Shown: piece after piece, positions 23,831 through 32,902 of the stretch
How the letters are laid out: every line of letters starts with the position of its first letter
Position numbering within the stretch: position 1 is the stretch's first letter
Assembly: GCA_041743205.1 (NCBI GenBank)
Contig: JBGTNF010000297.1
Location: 1 to 38,353 of the forward strand
Length of the DNA: 38,353 nt
Origin: Thermomicrobiales bacterium
GTDB taxonomy: Bacteria > Chloroflexota > Chloroflexia > Thermomicrobiales > UBA6265
Reading direction: 5' to 3'
Notes under the pieces: generated by a model
What the model saw: the letters and a program-made list of their open reading frames with translations, nothing else
Database searches by the model: none
Told to the model about the DNA's origin: nothing
Made by a program: the position numbers and the translations under genes

Positions 23831-24388
23831 ATGACCGGTGAACGCTCCGAGAGCGACGATCAGCCAAACGTCGACACACAGGCGCCATCGGCGCCGACCG
23901 GCTTTGCGCGGTACGCCGAGACACTCGTCGCGGTTGGCGTGGAGGCGATGGGCATCGTGATCCTTCTCGAAACGCGGGACATCCGCGTGCCGCGCGCGTT
24001 TTCGAGCGTCGGGCCGCGCGTGGTCCCGTACATCATTGGCTGGGGGCTCGTGATCATCGGCGCCTGGTACGCGATCGACGTGGTCCGGGGCCGCCCCGCC
24101 GCGCCTTCCGCTGATTCCGAGGATGCCGATCCCACCCTCCCGGCCGACTGGGCCGTGCTGGGCGGTCTCGCCCTCGCGCTCGCGGTCTACGCGGTCCTGA
24201 TGGAGCCGGCGGGGTTCGTCCTCGCCAGCGCCTTGCTGTTCACGATGGCAACGTTCGCGATGGGCAGCCGCCTGATCGTGCGCGATGCCGGGATCGGCCT
24301 CGCCGTCTCTGTGATCACCTTCCTGGTTTTCAGCGAATGGCTTGGTATCCGGTTGCCGCCTGGCCTGCTCGAACCGGTCTTCGGATGA
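23831..24388 (+). CDS. tctB: tripartite tricarboxylate transporter TctB-family small membrane subunit
   Basis: About 185 aa with 4 hydrophobic helices, positioned between tctC and tctA. The start is either ATG 23831 or GTG 23810. Confidence 0.78.
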   Translation: MTGERSESDDQPNVDTQAPSAPTGFARYAETLVAVGVEAMGIVILLETRDIRVPRAFSSVGPRVVPYIIGWGLVIIGAWYAIDVVRGRPAAPSADSEDADPTLPADWAVLGGLALALAVYAVLMEPAGFVLASALLFTMATFAMGSRLIVRDAGIGLAVSVITFLVFSEWLGIRLPPGLLEPVFG

Positions 24389-24417
24389 TCCGCCCGCCGC
24401 GGGGAGACATGTAACCG

Positions 24418-25929
24418 ATGGACTCGCTCTCCAGCCTGGCCGATGGATTCGGGGTCGCCCTCACGCCGGAGAACCTGCTCTGGGCGCTCGTCGGCGTCTT
24501 CCTCGGCACGCTGGTTGGCGTGCTGCCGGGGATAGGACCGGCGCTGACCGTGGCGCTGCTCTTGCCGGTCACCTACTCGCTGGAGCCGATCCAGGCGTTC
24601 ATCATGTTCGCCGGCATCTACTACGGCGGGATGTACGGAGGCTCGACGACCTCGATCCTGCTCAACACGCCGGGGGAATCGGCGTCGATCATCACCGCGC
24701 TCGAAGGCAACCGGATGGCGCGGCGCGGACGGGGCGCCGCCGCCCTGGCGACGGCGGCGATCGGATCGTTCGTCGCGGGCACGATCGCGACGATCGGGCT
24801 GACCTTCCTCGCCCCGGTCATGGCCGATTTCGCGCTCAACTTCGGCCCCGCCGAATACCTGGCGCTGATCATCCTCGCCTTCACGGCGATCACGGCGTTG
24901 CTCGGTTCGTCCCTGGTGCGCGGCCTGGTCAGCCTCTTCTTCGGGCTCGCCCTCGGCCTGATCGGGATCGATGCCCTCACCGGCCAGCCCCGGTTCGCCT
25001 TCGGCAACCAGCACCTGCTCAACGGTGTCGACGTCGTCACGATCGCGGTTGGCCTCTTCGCCGTCGGCGAAACGCTGTGGGTCGCTTCGCGGATGCGGCA
25101 CGAAAAGGCGGACATCGAACCGATCAAGGGTTCGTTGTGGATGACGAAGGACGACTGGCGGCGGTCGTGGAAGCCGTGGCTGCGCGGTACGGCGATCGGG
25201 TTCCCGATTGGGACTTTGCCGGCGGGCGGCGCCGAAATCCCGACGTTCCTCTCCTACTCGCTCGAAAAGAAGCTGACGAAGCACCCGGAGGAGTTCGGCA
25301 AGGGGGCGATCGAAGGCGTGGCTGGTCCCGAGGCGGCCAATAACGCCTCGGCGGCGGGCGTGCTCGTGCCGCTGCTGACGCTCGGGTTGCCGACCTCGGC
25401 GACGGCGGCGATCATCCTCGCCGCCTTCCAGCGTTACGATCTCCAGCCGGGACCTCAGCTCTTCGACCGTAACCCGGACCTGGTCTGGGGCCTGATCGCC
25501 AGTCTCTACATCGGCAATCTGATGCTGCTGGTGTTGAACCTGCCCCTGGTCGGGTTGTGGGTGCGGTTGCTCTCGATCCCGCGGCCGTTGCTGTACGGCG
25601 GCATCCTCGTGTTTGCGGGGCTTGGCACCTGGGCCCAGAGCCAATCGATCACCGGCCTGGTGGTGCTCTATGTGATCGGGATCGTCGGCTACCTGATGCG
25701 GAGGTTCGACATCCCGGTCGGCCCGGCGGTAGTCGGCGCGATCCTGGGGCCGGAGGCGGAAACGCATTTCCGGCGGGCGATGCAGATCAGCCAGGGCGAC
25801 GCCACGGTTTTTCTGACCCGCCCGCTCTCGGCCACGATCCTGGCGATTGCCGTTATCCTCTTCCTCGGGCCGCGACTCTGGCGGCTGGCGCGCCGTCGCC
25901 GCGCGAGCAGCGTTGGCGTGGCGGATTGA
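24418..25929 (+). CDS. tctA: tripartite tricarboxylate transporter permease
   Basis: 503 aa. Shows the TctA N-terminus [41 protein letters not shown] and the motifs [17 protein letters not shown] and PEAANNA. Confidence 0.93.
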   Translation: MDSLSSLADGFGVALTPENLLWALVGVFLGTLVGVLPGIGPALTVALLLPVTYSLEPIQAFIMFAGIYYGGMYGGSTTSILLNTPGESASIITALEGNRMARRGRGAAALATAAIGSFVAGTIATIGLTFLAPVMADFALNFGPAEYLALIILAFTAITALLGSSLVRGLVSLFFGLALGLIGIDALTGQPRFAFGNQHLLNGVDVVTIAVGLFAVGETLWVASRMRHEKADIEPIKGSLWMTKDDWRRSWKPWLRGTAIGFPIGTLPAGGAEIPTFLSYSLEKKLTKHPEEFGKGAIEGVAGPEAANNASAAGVLVPLLTLGLPTSATAAIILAAFQRYDLQPGPQLFDRNPDLVWGLIASLYIGNLMLLVLNLPLVGLWVRLLSIPRPLLYGGILVFAGLGTWAQSQSITGLVVLYVIGIVGYLMRRFDIPVGPAVVGAILGPEAETHFRRAMQISQGDATVFLTRPLSATILAIAVILFLGPRLWRLARRRRASSVGVAD

Positions 25930-26072
25930 CGAGGCAATCTGGCTTCGCGTCACTTCGAGGGCAGAGGTCGTCGAGAAAACGATCTCCGCAACAACAACAA
26001 GTCCAAGTCGCCTCCAACGTCGCTTTGGCCTAATCGGCAATCCCTCGACGTCTCGCCTTCACGGGAGTCGCC

Positions 26073-26342
26073 ATGAATCTGCGTCGGATCTTCGTGTCTT
26101 TCGTGGTGCTGTTCGATATCCTGGGGTTCGGGATCATCTTCATTGTCATGTCGAACGCATCGGCGGAAGAGAATCTGGTCTACCTGGCGGGGGGCGACGG
26201 TGTATTCGTCACCATCATTGCCTTGTTCGGCGTGTTCGCGAATATCGGCCTCGCCAGCGTGCTCTGGCGCGGCAGCCTGATCGCGCGGCGGCGCGACATG
26301 GAGGAAGGACCGGAGCGCCGGTCCCGCATTACCGGGGAGTAA
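26073..26342 (+). CDS. hypothetical small two-helix membrane protein
   Basis: 89 aa. GGGAG RBS, G/C-ending codons and two hydrophobic helices. No family recognised. Confidence 0.55.
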   Translation: MNLRRIFVSFVVLFDILGFGIIFIVMSNASAEENLVYLAGGDGVFVTIIALFGVFANIGLASVLWRGSLIARRRDMEEGPERRSRITGE

Positions 26343-26346
26343 TGGC

Positions 26347-26389
26347 CAGGGCAGGTCCGAGGGCCTCAGGCGTCGTCGGACCTGCCCTG
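26347..26389. terminator. stem-loop between convergent genes (possible bidirectional terminator)
   Basis: Perfect 14-bp inverted repeat CAGGGCAGGTCCGA / TCGGACCTGCCCTG with a 15-nt loop. The right arm overlaps the last ChaB codons. There is no clear U-tract. Confidence 0.35.
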
Positions 26390-26581
26390 AACCCAGTTTC
26401 CATCCTTGTTCTTGTGGTACTTCGCCTTGACCGCCCCCCAGGCCACCCGGTGAGACCGCTCTTCATCGTGATCGTATTGATCCCAGGAGCTGTTGAACGC
26501 TTCCTTGTAGATGTCCTGGGCGTGGCTGGGCAGGTTGTCCCGGACTCCTTCGGGGAGGTCCGATTTCCGGTCGTACGGCAT
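26366..26581 (-). CDS. ChaB-family protein
   Basis: 71 aa. MPYDRKSDLPEGVRDNLPSHAQDIYKEAFNSSWDQY...AWGAVKAKYHK..GNW matches the ChaB domain pattern. Confidence 0.85.
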   Translation of the reverse strand: MPYDRKSDLPEGVRDNLPSHAQDIYKEAFNSSWDQYDHDEERSHRVAWGAVKAKYHKNKDGNWVQGRSDDA

Positions 26582-26608
26582 GGTAATTCCTCTGGGGTTG
26601 GAAACCAG

Positions 26609-26703
26609 GTCATTTCAACTCTGGAATTGCGGAATGGCCCACCATGTCGCTGCGGCGATCCAGCGGGGCGAGATTTCTCGACGACCTCCACTCTCGAAAT
26701 GAC
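26609..26703. repeat. degenerate family-1-related element (95 bp)
   Basis: It starts GTCATTTC... and ends ...GAGATTTCTCGACGACCTCCACTCTCGAAATGAC, so the right end resembles that of 19327-19504. Pairing between the arms is weak. Confidence 0.4.
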
Positions 26704-26743
26704 GTGTCTTTGCGGAACGTCCAGAATTCACGCGAATTCCGTA

Positions 26744-27658
26744 TCAGGGGAGATCGTTGGCGCCGCCGGTGCCGTCGCCGTCCTGGTTCGCTGGACCGAC
26801 CGCGATCGCGTCGCTGCCCTGGGCAGCGATCACGTCCAGGTAGCGGTCCCAGCTGACCCGGTATTGCCAGGGCCGGGTCGTGTTGGTCGAGGTCGGTCCG
26901 AGGGGGTCGCGGACGATCACGTCTTCGTCGTTGAAGCCCATCACCACCAGCGCGTGATCGTTGGTCAGCACCACCGGGAACTCGTCTCCATCCGGGGTGA
27001 CCCAGACAGTCGGATCCCAATCGAGCAGGTCGACCGTCGACTTGAAGAACACCGGCTGGCCCCGACGCAGCGCGGTTTCGGTGCTGGCGCGATCCGGTGT
27101 TTCCGTGACCGGCAAGGACACGGCGTCGAATACCTTGCGCACGGCGGTGGTGCGAGCCCGGGCCAGCAGGTTCTCGACGTAGTCGCCCGAGTACATCTCC
27201 GCGATATCGCCGCCGTAGATGACGTAGCCGCTGGCGTTTTGCTCGTAGTACGGCTCGATCGAAAGATCGTGGCCGACGTAGCCGAGTTGCTCGTCGAGCG
27301 TCATCTCGTGACCGTAGGCCATGAGGATGATCCAGGCGGAGTCGAATTCGCAGGTGTAGCTGAAGTCCTGGCCCTCCTTGATCGGGAGCTGGATGTAGGC
27401 GTCCCACGAGCGGCCATCGGCGTCCGTCGGTCCCGTTTCGTCTGCCGATTGCCCAGGACGCTGGCCCAGGTCGGTGGTCGCCTCCATGGCGGTGATGTAG
27501 CTGTACGGGTCCATGCGCTGGGCCGAGCCGAAGTACGGAAACGACGACCCGGCCGCGATGGCGATCCCGGCGCCGGCCGTGCATCGCACAAGGCCTCGCC
27601 GCGTGATCGGCGCGCCGGTAGCAGGGGATCGGGTCACGAACGATCGGGAGGATGTCAT
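26744..27658 (-). CDS. Tat-signal secreted papain-fold (C39-like) peptidase-domain protein
   Basis: ATG at 27658 with AAGGA upstream. Tat-like TRRGLVRCTAGAGIAIAAG. The candidate Cys motif is FSYTCEFDSAWIILMAYGHE and the His motif is NDHALVVMGFNDEDVIVRDP, as in Peptidase_C39_2-type domains. Confidence 0.65.
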   Translation of the reverse strand: MTSSRSFVTRSPATGAPITRRGLVRCTAGAGIAIAAGSSFPYFGSAQRMDPYSYITAMEATTDLGQRPGQSADETGPTDADGRSWDAYIQLPIKEGQDFSYTCEFDSAWIILMAYGHEMTLDEQLGYVGHDLSIEPYYEQNASGYVIYGGDIAEMYSGDYVENLLARARTTAVRKVFDAVSLPVTETPDRASTETALRRGQPVFFKSTVDLLDWDPTVWVTPDGDEFPVVLTNDHALVVMGFNDEDVIVRDPLGPTSTNTTRPWQYRVSWDRYLDVIAAQGSDAIAVGPANQDGDGTGGANDLP

Positions 27659-27736
27659 GGGCAACTGTCCTTGGCTGGTGCGGCGTGGAGTGCGGGACAA
27701 GGCGGAAGAGGAGCCGTTTGCGCCGGATGCACGTTC

Positions 27737-27742
27737 GATTAT
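27737..27742 (-). promoter_or_regulatory. candidate -10 box (perfect TATAAT) upstream of the peptidase gene
   Basis: The minus strand reads ...CCGTATAATCGAACG about 80 nt upstream of the ATG at 27658. The -35 is poor. Confidence 0.3.
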
Positions 27743-27869
27743 ACGGTTCGGCGGGGTGACCGGATGCAGGAGGCTGCGGAGCGGGCCTGCCACGACGCAG
27801 ACCGGCCCGGACGCGTTCGCCCGAGCCTGTCTGTCGTCGATTCGGAAATACCGCATCGGACCGGGTCGG

Positions 27870-29849
27870 CTACCCCTTGACCGAGCCGGCAGTGAGGCCC
27901 GCCACCATGTACTTCTGGGCCAGCATGTAGATCAACGCCACCGGGATCGCGGTCATGATGCTGGCCGCGAACATCTGCCCGAACGGGAAGATATCGCCGA
28001 TCACCAGGTTCCCGAGTCCGACTGGCAGCGTCCGCTGGGAATCCGGCGAAACCAACACGAAGGCAAGCAGGAATTCGTTCCACGAGCTAGTGATCGCGAA
28101 CAGCGCCACGGCCAGCAGGGCCGGCAGGGTGAGCGGGAGCACGATCCGGATGAAGCACTGGAAGTGGTTGGCGCCGTCGACCGCCGCCGCATCCTCCAGA
28201 TCCTTCGGAATCGATCGGTAGTACCCCATCAGCAGCCAGCACGCGAACGGCAGCCCGAACGTGGGGTAGGCCAGCATCAGCGCGTAGATGGTGTTGATGA
28301 GTTTCAGGTTGGTGAAGATCTGGTAAAGCGGGATGAAGAGCAGCACGGTCGGCATCAGGTAGGCGAAGAGGATCGCCGTTTGGACGAACCCCGCGCCGCG
28401 CCATTTCAACCGGACCATGGCGTAGGCGCCGAACGCCGCCACGAAGACCGAGATCAGGGTGCTGACGACGGCGACCTGGACCGTGTTCCAGAACCAGGTC
28501 GGGAAGTTCGATTCGGTCAACATGTATTTGTAGTGCTCAAGCGTCCACGGGTTGGGCCAGAACGGCGACTGCATCGTCCTGATCTGTTCCGTGCCCTTGA
28601 AGGACGTCACAATCACCCAGTAAAAGGGAAAGAGCAGGAACAGCAAGAGGATCCCAAGGCTGAGGTAGGCGCCGGCGTTGCCGAAGCGTGTCATCAGGCG
28701 GCGATAGCCGCGCTCCCGTGAGGTGTCGTCGCCAACGTACGCTCGGTGGAACGCGTCCGAGGCGCGCGTGCCAACCCAGACGAAGGGGTAGGCGATCGCG
28801 CCGATTACCCAAACGAGCCCTTCGCCGATCTTGCCGATCGGCCACAGCAATGTGCTGCCGACCTTCGACAGGCGGCCGGGCTTCTCGTTGGGCTGGTCGT
28901 CGTCGACCCGCATGAAGCGGCCGAGGATGATGATGATCACGAGCAGGGCCGGGACGATCGCCATCGCAACCGAGACGCCCATGCTGTACCGCATCTGGCC
29001 GAGCGCGTATTCGTACGACAGGATCGAGAAGATCCGGGTTGCGCCGCCTGGGCCACCGCCCGTCATCAGATAGACGAGGCCGAACGCATTCAAGGTCCAG
29101 ATCAGCGACAGCAGGCAGGCGACCACGATCACGTATCGCAGCCCCGGCAACGTGATATCCCGGAACCGGTTCCAGCCGTTGGCGCCGTCGACCGAGGCCG
29201 CGTCGTATTGCTCCTTGTCGATCGCCTTGAGACCCGCGATGAAGATGATCGTAAAAAAGGGAATGCCCTTCCACACGTTCACGGCGATCACCGAGGGTAG
29301 CGCCAGGTCGTAATCGCCGAGCCAAACAATGCCGGTATCGATGATTCCCAACTGGATGAGGAGGACGTTGAGCCCACCGAAAATCGGATCGTACAAACCC
29401 CTCCAGGTCAACGCCGCGACGACTTCGGGAATGATCCAGGGCAGCAACACGAGCCCGGTCAGCACGCTGCTGAATCGGAGTCCCGCGCGATTGAGCAGGC
29501 AGGCGGCAGCGAGGCCCAACCAGAACTTGATGAACACGGAGATGGTGGCGAACTGGACGGTATTCCAGACCGAGTCCCGGAACAGGGCATCGTTCCACAG
29601 TCGCTGGTAATTGCTGAGTCCTACCCAGCCACGGTTGGTCACGCCCGTAACGTTGTGGAAGCTCATCCAAACCGCATCGAGGAGCGGGTAGCCGATCAGG
29701 CCGAACAGCAGGATGACTGTCGGCGCGACGAAAAGGAAGCCGACCGCCCAGTCACGCCCCAGCAGGCGTTTCGAGACTCGCCAGAATCCGCTCGATGTCG
29801 GTTTCCGGAGGTTGGCGGCAGCTTTCTGTTCCGCAGTCTGGACAGCCAT
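27870..29849 (-). CDS. fused ABC sugar-transporter permease (MalF/UgpA-like plus MalG/UgpE-like domains in one polypeptide)
   Basis: 659 aa with two EAA loops: IDKEQYDAASVDGANGWNRFRDITLPGL (aa 210-237) and PKDLEDAAAVDGANHFQCFIRIVLPL (aa 548-573). Each is embedded in its own ~6-helix block, and the blocks are joined by a ~70-aa linker. Confidence 0.9.
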   Translation of the reverse strand: MAVQTAEQKAAANLRKPTSSGFWRVSKRLLGRDWAVGFLFVAPTVILLFGLIGYPLLDAVWMSFHNVTGVTNRGWVGLSNYQRLWNDALFRDSVWNTVQFATISVFIKFWLGLAAACLLNRAGLRFSSVLTGLVLLPWIIPEVVAALTWRGLYDPIFGGLNVLLIQLGIIDTGIVWLGDYDLALPSVIAVNVWKGIPFFTIIFIAGLKAIDKEQYDAASVDGANGWNRFRDITLPGLRYVIVVACLLSLIWTLNAFGLVYLMTGGGPGGATRIFSILSYEYALGQMRYSMGVSVAMAIVPALLVIIIILGRFMRVDDDQPNEKPGRLSKVGSTLLWPIGKIGEGLVWVIGAIAYPFVWVGTRASDAFHRAYVGDDTSRERGYRRLMTRFGNAGAYLSLGILLLFLLFPFYWVIVTSFKGTEQIRTMQSPFWPNPWTLEHYKYMLTESNFPTWFWNTVQVAVVSTLISVFVAAFGAYAMVRLKWRGAGFVQTAILFAYLMPTVLLFIPLYQIFTNLKLINTIYALMLAYPTFGLPFACWLLMGYYRSIPKDLEDAAAVDGANHFQCFIRIVLPLTLPALLAVALFAITSSWNEFLLAFVLVSPDSQRTLPVGLGNLVIGDIFPFGQMFAASIMTAIPVALIYMLAQKYMVAGLTAGSVKG

Positions 29850-29924
29850 TGGGTACCCTCTGGTCCTGGCCGGGGCATCGGCTGATGCCCCGGCTTGATG
29901 ATTGCGAGATTCGTGACTGAACGG

Positions 29925-31367
29925 CTACTCGCCCGGCAGTCCGTAGTCCTGCCAGAGCTGGACCCACCGGTTGTGGTACTCCTCCACCACATCGGCGGAC
30001 GATTGTCCCTGAAGCACGGCCGCGACCATATCGACTTGGTCGAATCCACCTGCCACCGCGTCGACGGCAACCGATGGCGGGCCCGGCCAGCGCAGGCCGG
30101 TGAAGTCGACGTTGTCGTATGTCGCGGACTCGGCGCGAGCCGCATTGGCGTTGTCCGTAATGATTGGATCGCTCCAGCCATTCTTGTAGGCTGGCACGGC
30201 GTAGGCACGCGATATGGACCAAATTCGCTGTTGGACCGGCTCGGAGCAGAGGTGGCGGATAAGGTCGTAGGTGGCTTCCTGGTTCTTCGTGCCCTCAATG
30301 ACATGCAGCATGACGCCCCCGAGCTGATCGACAGGTGCATCGTCGGAAAGCCGCAACGGATTCGGGAGATAGTTGATCTGGTCGGCGAAAGGCACATCGT
30401 CAAGCACGGCCTTGGCGTACATCGTGCCGGCGTTCTGGGTCAGCGCCAGGATCCCGGCGAGAAACGCTTCGTTGTTGCCGGTGTCCGTCCAGGCCGCCCA
30501 ACCAGTTGGCAGCATCGGCGCAAACGTTTCGCTGGAGTAGGTTTCGGCCAGCCAATCGAGCGCGGCGATCGACTCCGGGGTGTTGAAGGTGATGACCTCC
30601 CCGCTCTCATCCTGGAGCGTGCTTCCAAAGTGGAACAGGGTCTGTTGCACGAGTGACCGCGCATCGGTAGATCTGTTGACGGTGATGCCCCAGCCAAAAA
30701 CGTTGTTGGCGGCGTCGGAGACGTCGAGCGCCGCCTGTCGACGAGCGTCCAGTGTCGTCAACGTGGCGGTGTCGATCCCCGCCGGTTCAAAGATGTCGCG
30801 GCGGGCCCACCAGCCGTCGACCCGGGTGAACCAGGGCACGCCCCACCAGGCATCGTTGAAGTTGGCGTTGTTGTTCATGGCCGGCGTGGTTTCGCCGTAC
30901 AACTCGACCATTTCCGCTGTCAGGTCGGTCACATCCTGCAGGATGCCGAGATCCTGGTACTGCCTGATTCCCGGAATGTTATCGAAGTACAAGTCCGGCG
31001 CATTTCCGGCCTGGACTCCGGCGACGAGGCGCTGGGCAACCTCACCGGCGTTGAGGCTCCCCACTTCGCTGACCTCGACCTGCCATCCACTCAGCTCGGC
31101 GAAGGCGGCGATTTCGTCCCTGATGAACTGGTTGTGATCCGGGTGGAAATCAATCTTCTGCAGTACCTGGAGCGTGCCGTCGACGGTCGCCGTGGACGGC
31201 GTCCGAGGGATCTCCTCCTGGGCAAAACCGGAAGCGCCGCCCCGGCCAAGCGCCGCCAGGCCGAGGCCGGCGCCAGCTGCGCCGCGCATCACGTCGCGAC
31301 GGGTAAAGCCGGAGCCGAGCGGCCCCCTGATTGAATGGGTCCCGGTTGAACGACGGTGATTCCGCAT
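29925..31367 (-). CDS. ABC transporter extracellular solute-binding protein (family 1), Tat signal
   Basis: 480 aa. Twin-arginine leader FTRRDVMRGAAGAGLGLAAL, strong AGGAGG RBS, and a position directly upstream of the permease gene. Confidence 0.88.
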   Translation of the reverse strand: MRNHRRSTGTHSIRGPLGSGFTRRDVMRGAAGAGLGLAALGRGGASGFAQEEIPRTPSTATVDGTLQVLQKIDFHPDHNQFIRDEIAAFAELSGWQVEVSEVGSLNAGEVAQRLVAGVQAGNAPDLYFDNIPGIRQYQDLGILQDVTDLTAEMVELYGETTPAMNNNANFNDAWWGVPWFTRVDGWWARRDIFEPAGIDTATLTTLDARRQAALDVSDAANNVFGWGITVNRSTDARSLVQQTLFHFGSTLQDESGEVITFNTPESIAALDWLAETYSSETFAPMLPTGWAAWTDTGNNEAFLAGILALTQNAGTMYAKAVLDDVPFADQINYLPNPLRLSDDAPVDQLGGVMLHVIEGTKNQEATYDLIRHLCSEPVQQRIWSISRAYAVPAYKNGWSDPIITDNANAARAESATYDNVDFTGLRWPGPPSVAVDAVAGGFDQVDMVAAVLQGQSSADVVEEYHNRWVQLWQDYGLPGE

Positions 31368-31664
31368 TCCTGACCTCCTGGACTTCTCCGCTTTCGCCAG
31401 AGTTCATTGCCCGTCGCTCCGAACGTCTCGCCCCGCAATGCCGGGCGTGTGACCGATGCAACGTGGCGAATGACGCGCCTGCCGATCTTGGGAGCCTGCC
31501 GCCACTCGTCCGTCGAACGGCGGTGTCGCTGGACCGGTTGGACCGATTTCGCAATCTGACCGGACAGGCGACGATTCACTTGATGGATACGCGCTTAAGG
31601 CTATACACCGGGCGACGTGCCGTCAATAGCGCGTCGGAGCGACCCGGTGGGGAAGGGGCCCGAA

Positions 31665-32714
31665 TCAGGCTCCGATGCCCCGGTTTGCCTCGCCATGCTC
31701 CCGGCGAAGGTCGTCCAGCCGAACGGACGCCTGAGTCGAGATCGACTCCTCGATCGCGCAGATCACTTCAGTCACCAGAACGCCCTGATCCACACCGGGG
31801 CCGATCGGTTCGCCCCGGATCAGGCTCGCGGCGAACTCCTGGGCCATCCAGACCGGGGCCCCGACCTGCGCCTTGCCGATGGTCGAGCCAAGCGTGCCCT
31901 GGGTCCGCACCCGGTCGGTGACGACGTCGAGACCCTGGTGGATTGGATCGGCGGCGATCGACCCATCGGTTCCGATCACCTGGAAACGGAAGTCGACGAT
32001 CGCGTCGCCGCCATCCGGCAACGTCCAGGCCGACGACAACGAGGCGGTCGTGCCGTCGTCGAACGTGATCAACGCGTGGACGACATCGAGCGTGTCGATG
32101 CCGCGAGCCTTGAGCACGCCGGACGAGCCGACCGCCATGACCGAGACCGTAGCACGTCCGGAGAGCCAGAGCACGAGGTCGACCGTATGCGGCATCAGGA
32201 ACCAGGCTGGTGACGATTTCGCGGCCCACGAAAGCATTTGTTCCGGCACGAAGTACGTGTTGTACAGCGTTGCCGTGGAGGTGATGTGACGTCCAGTGAC
32301 GCCGGCCTCGATCCCGCGGTGGGCCGTGACGACATGGGGGTTCCATCGGTTCTCGAACCCGACGAGGCAGGCGCCGCCCCCCTCGCGCACGGCGTCACGG
32401 ATGGCCCAGGCATCCTCCAGGTTCATGGCGAGCGGCTTCTCGATCAGGAGGTGCTTGCCCGCCTGGGCGACTGCCAAGGCGGCGTCACGGTGGGCGAAAT
32501 CGGGCGTGGCGACGATGACCAGGTCCGGATCGTGCCGGTCCAGCAGTGCTTCGTGCGACGTTTCCACTGGCAACCCGAATCCGTCGCGTGCGGCGACGGC
32601 GACGGCGGCTGACGTTTCGGCGAAGGCCACCACCTCCACGCCGGGTTCGTCCGCCAGCGCCCGGGCGTACATCTGGCCGCGCAACCCTGCCCCGACGATA
32701 CCGCATCTCAACAC
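31665..32714 (-). CDS. Gfo/Idh/MocA-family oxidoreductase
   Basis: N-terminal Rossmann motif LRCGIVGAGLRGQMYARAL and EKPLA. GTG start with a GGGAG RBS. Confidence 0.88.
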   Translation of the reverse strand: MLRCGIVGAGLRGQMYARALADEPGVEVVAFAETSAAVAVAARDGFGLPVETSHEALLDRHDPDLVIVATPDFAHRDAALAVAQAGKHLLIEKPLAMNLEDAWAIRDAVREGGGACLVGFENRWNPHVVTAHRGIEAGVTGRHITSTATLYNTYFVPEQMLSWAAKSSPAWFLMPHTVDLVLWLSGRATVSVMAVGSSGVLKARGIDTLDVVHALITFDDGTTASLSSAWTLPDGGDAIVDFRFQVIGTDGSIAADPIHQGLDVVTDRVRTQGTLGSTIGKAQVGAPVWMAQEFAASLIRGEPIGPGVDQGVLVTEVICAIEESISTQASVRLDDLRREHGEANRGIGA

Positions 32715-32794
32715 GTTGCACTCCCATCACGTGGGCCGGATGTTCGACACGTCAGACACGAAACGCCTGGTGGGGCTGCATATCCAGCGGGCCC

Positions 32795-32869
32795 AGCTTG
32801 TCTCCGCCCTAGTAGCGGGCACCAAGCTGTTGGCCATCGCGGGCGGAGACAAGCTCCGCAGCCCTACGA
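32795..32869. repeat. family-2 structured repeat
   Basis: The conserved 27-mer GCGGAGACAAGCTCCGCAGCCCTACGA lies at 32843-32869. In addition, a perfect 15-bp inverted repeat, AGCTTGTCTCCGCCC (32795-32809) / GGGCGGAGACAAGCT (32841-32855), is present. Confidence 0.6.
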
Positions 32870-32902
32870 ATCAAAGGGGTTCGTTCCTACCTGTTGACCG
32901 CC

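Noticed and set aside
24187-27880. 617-aa minus-strand ORF (24187..26040) and 677-aa plus-strand ORF (25847..27880)
   Set aside because: The first is antisense to tctA. The second runs antisense through the chaB and peptidase genes. Both have biased Arg/Gly/Asp/His composition.
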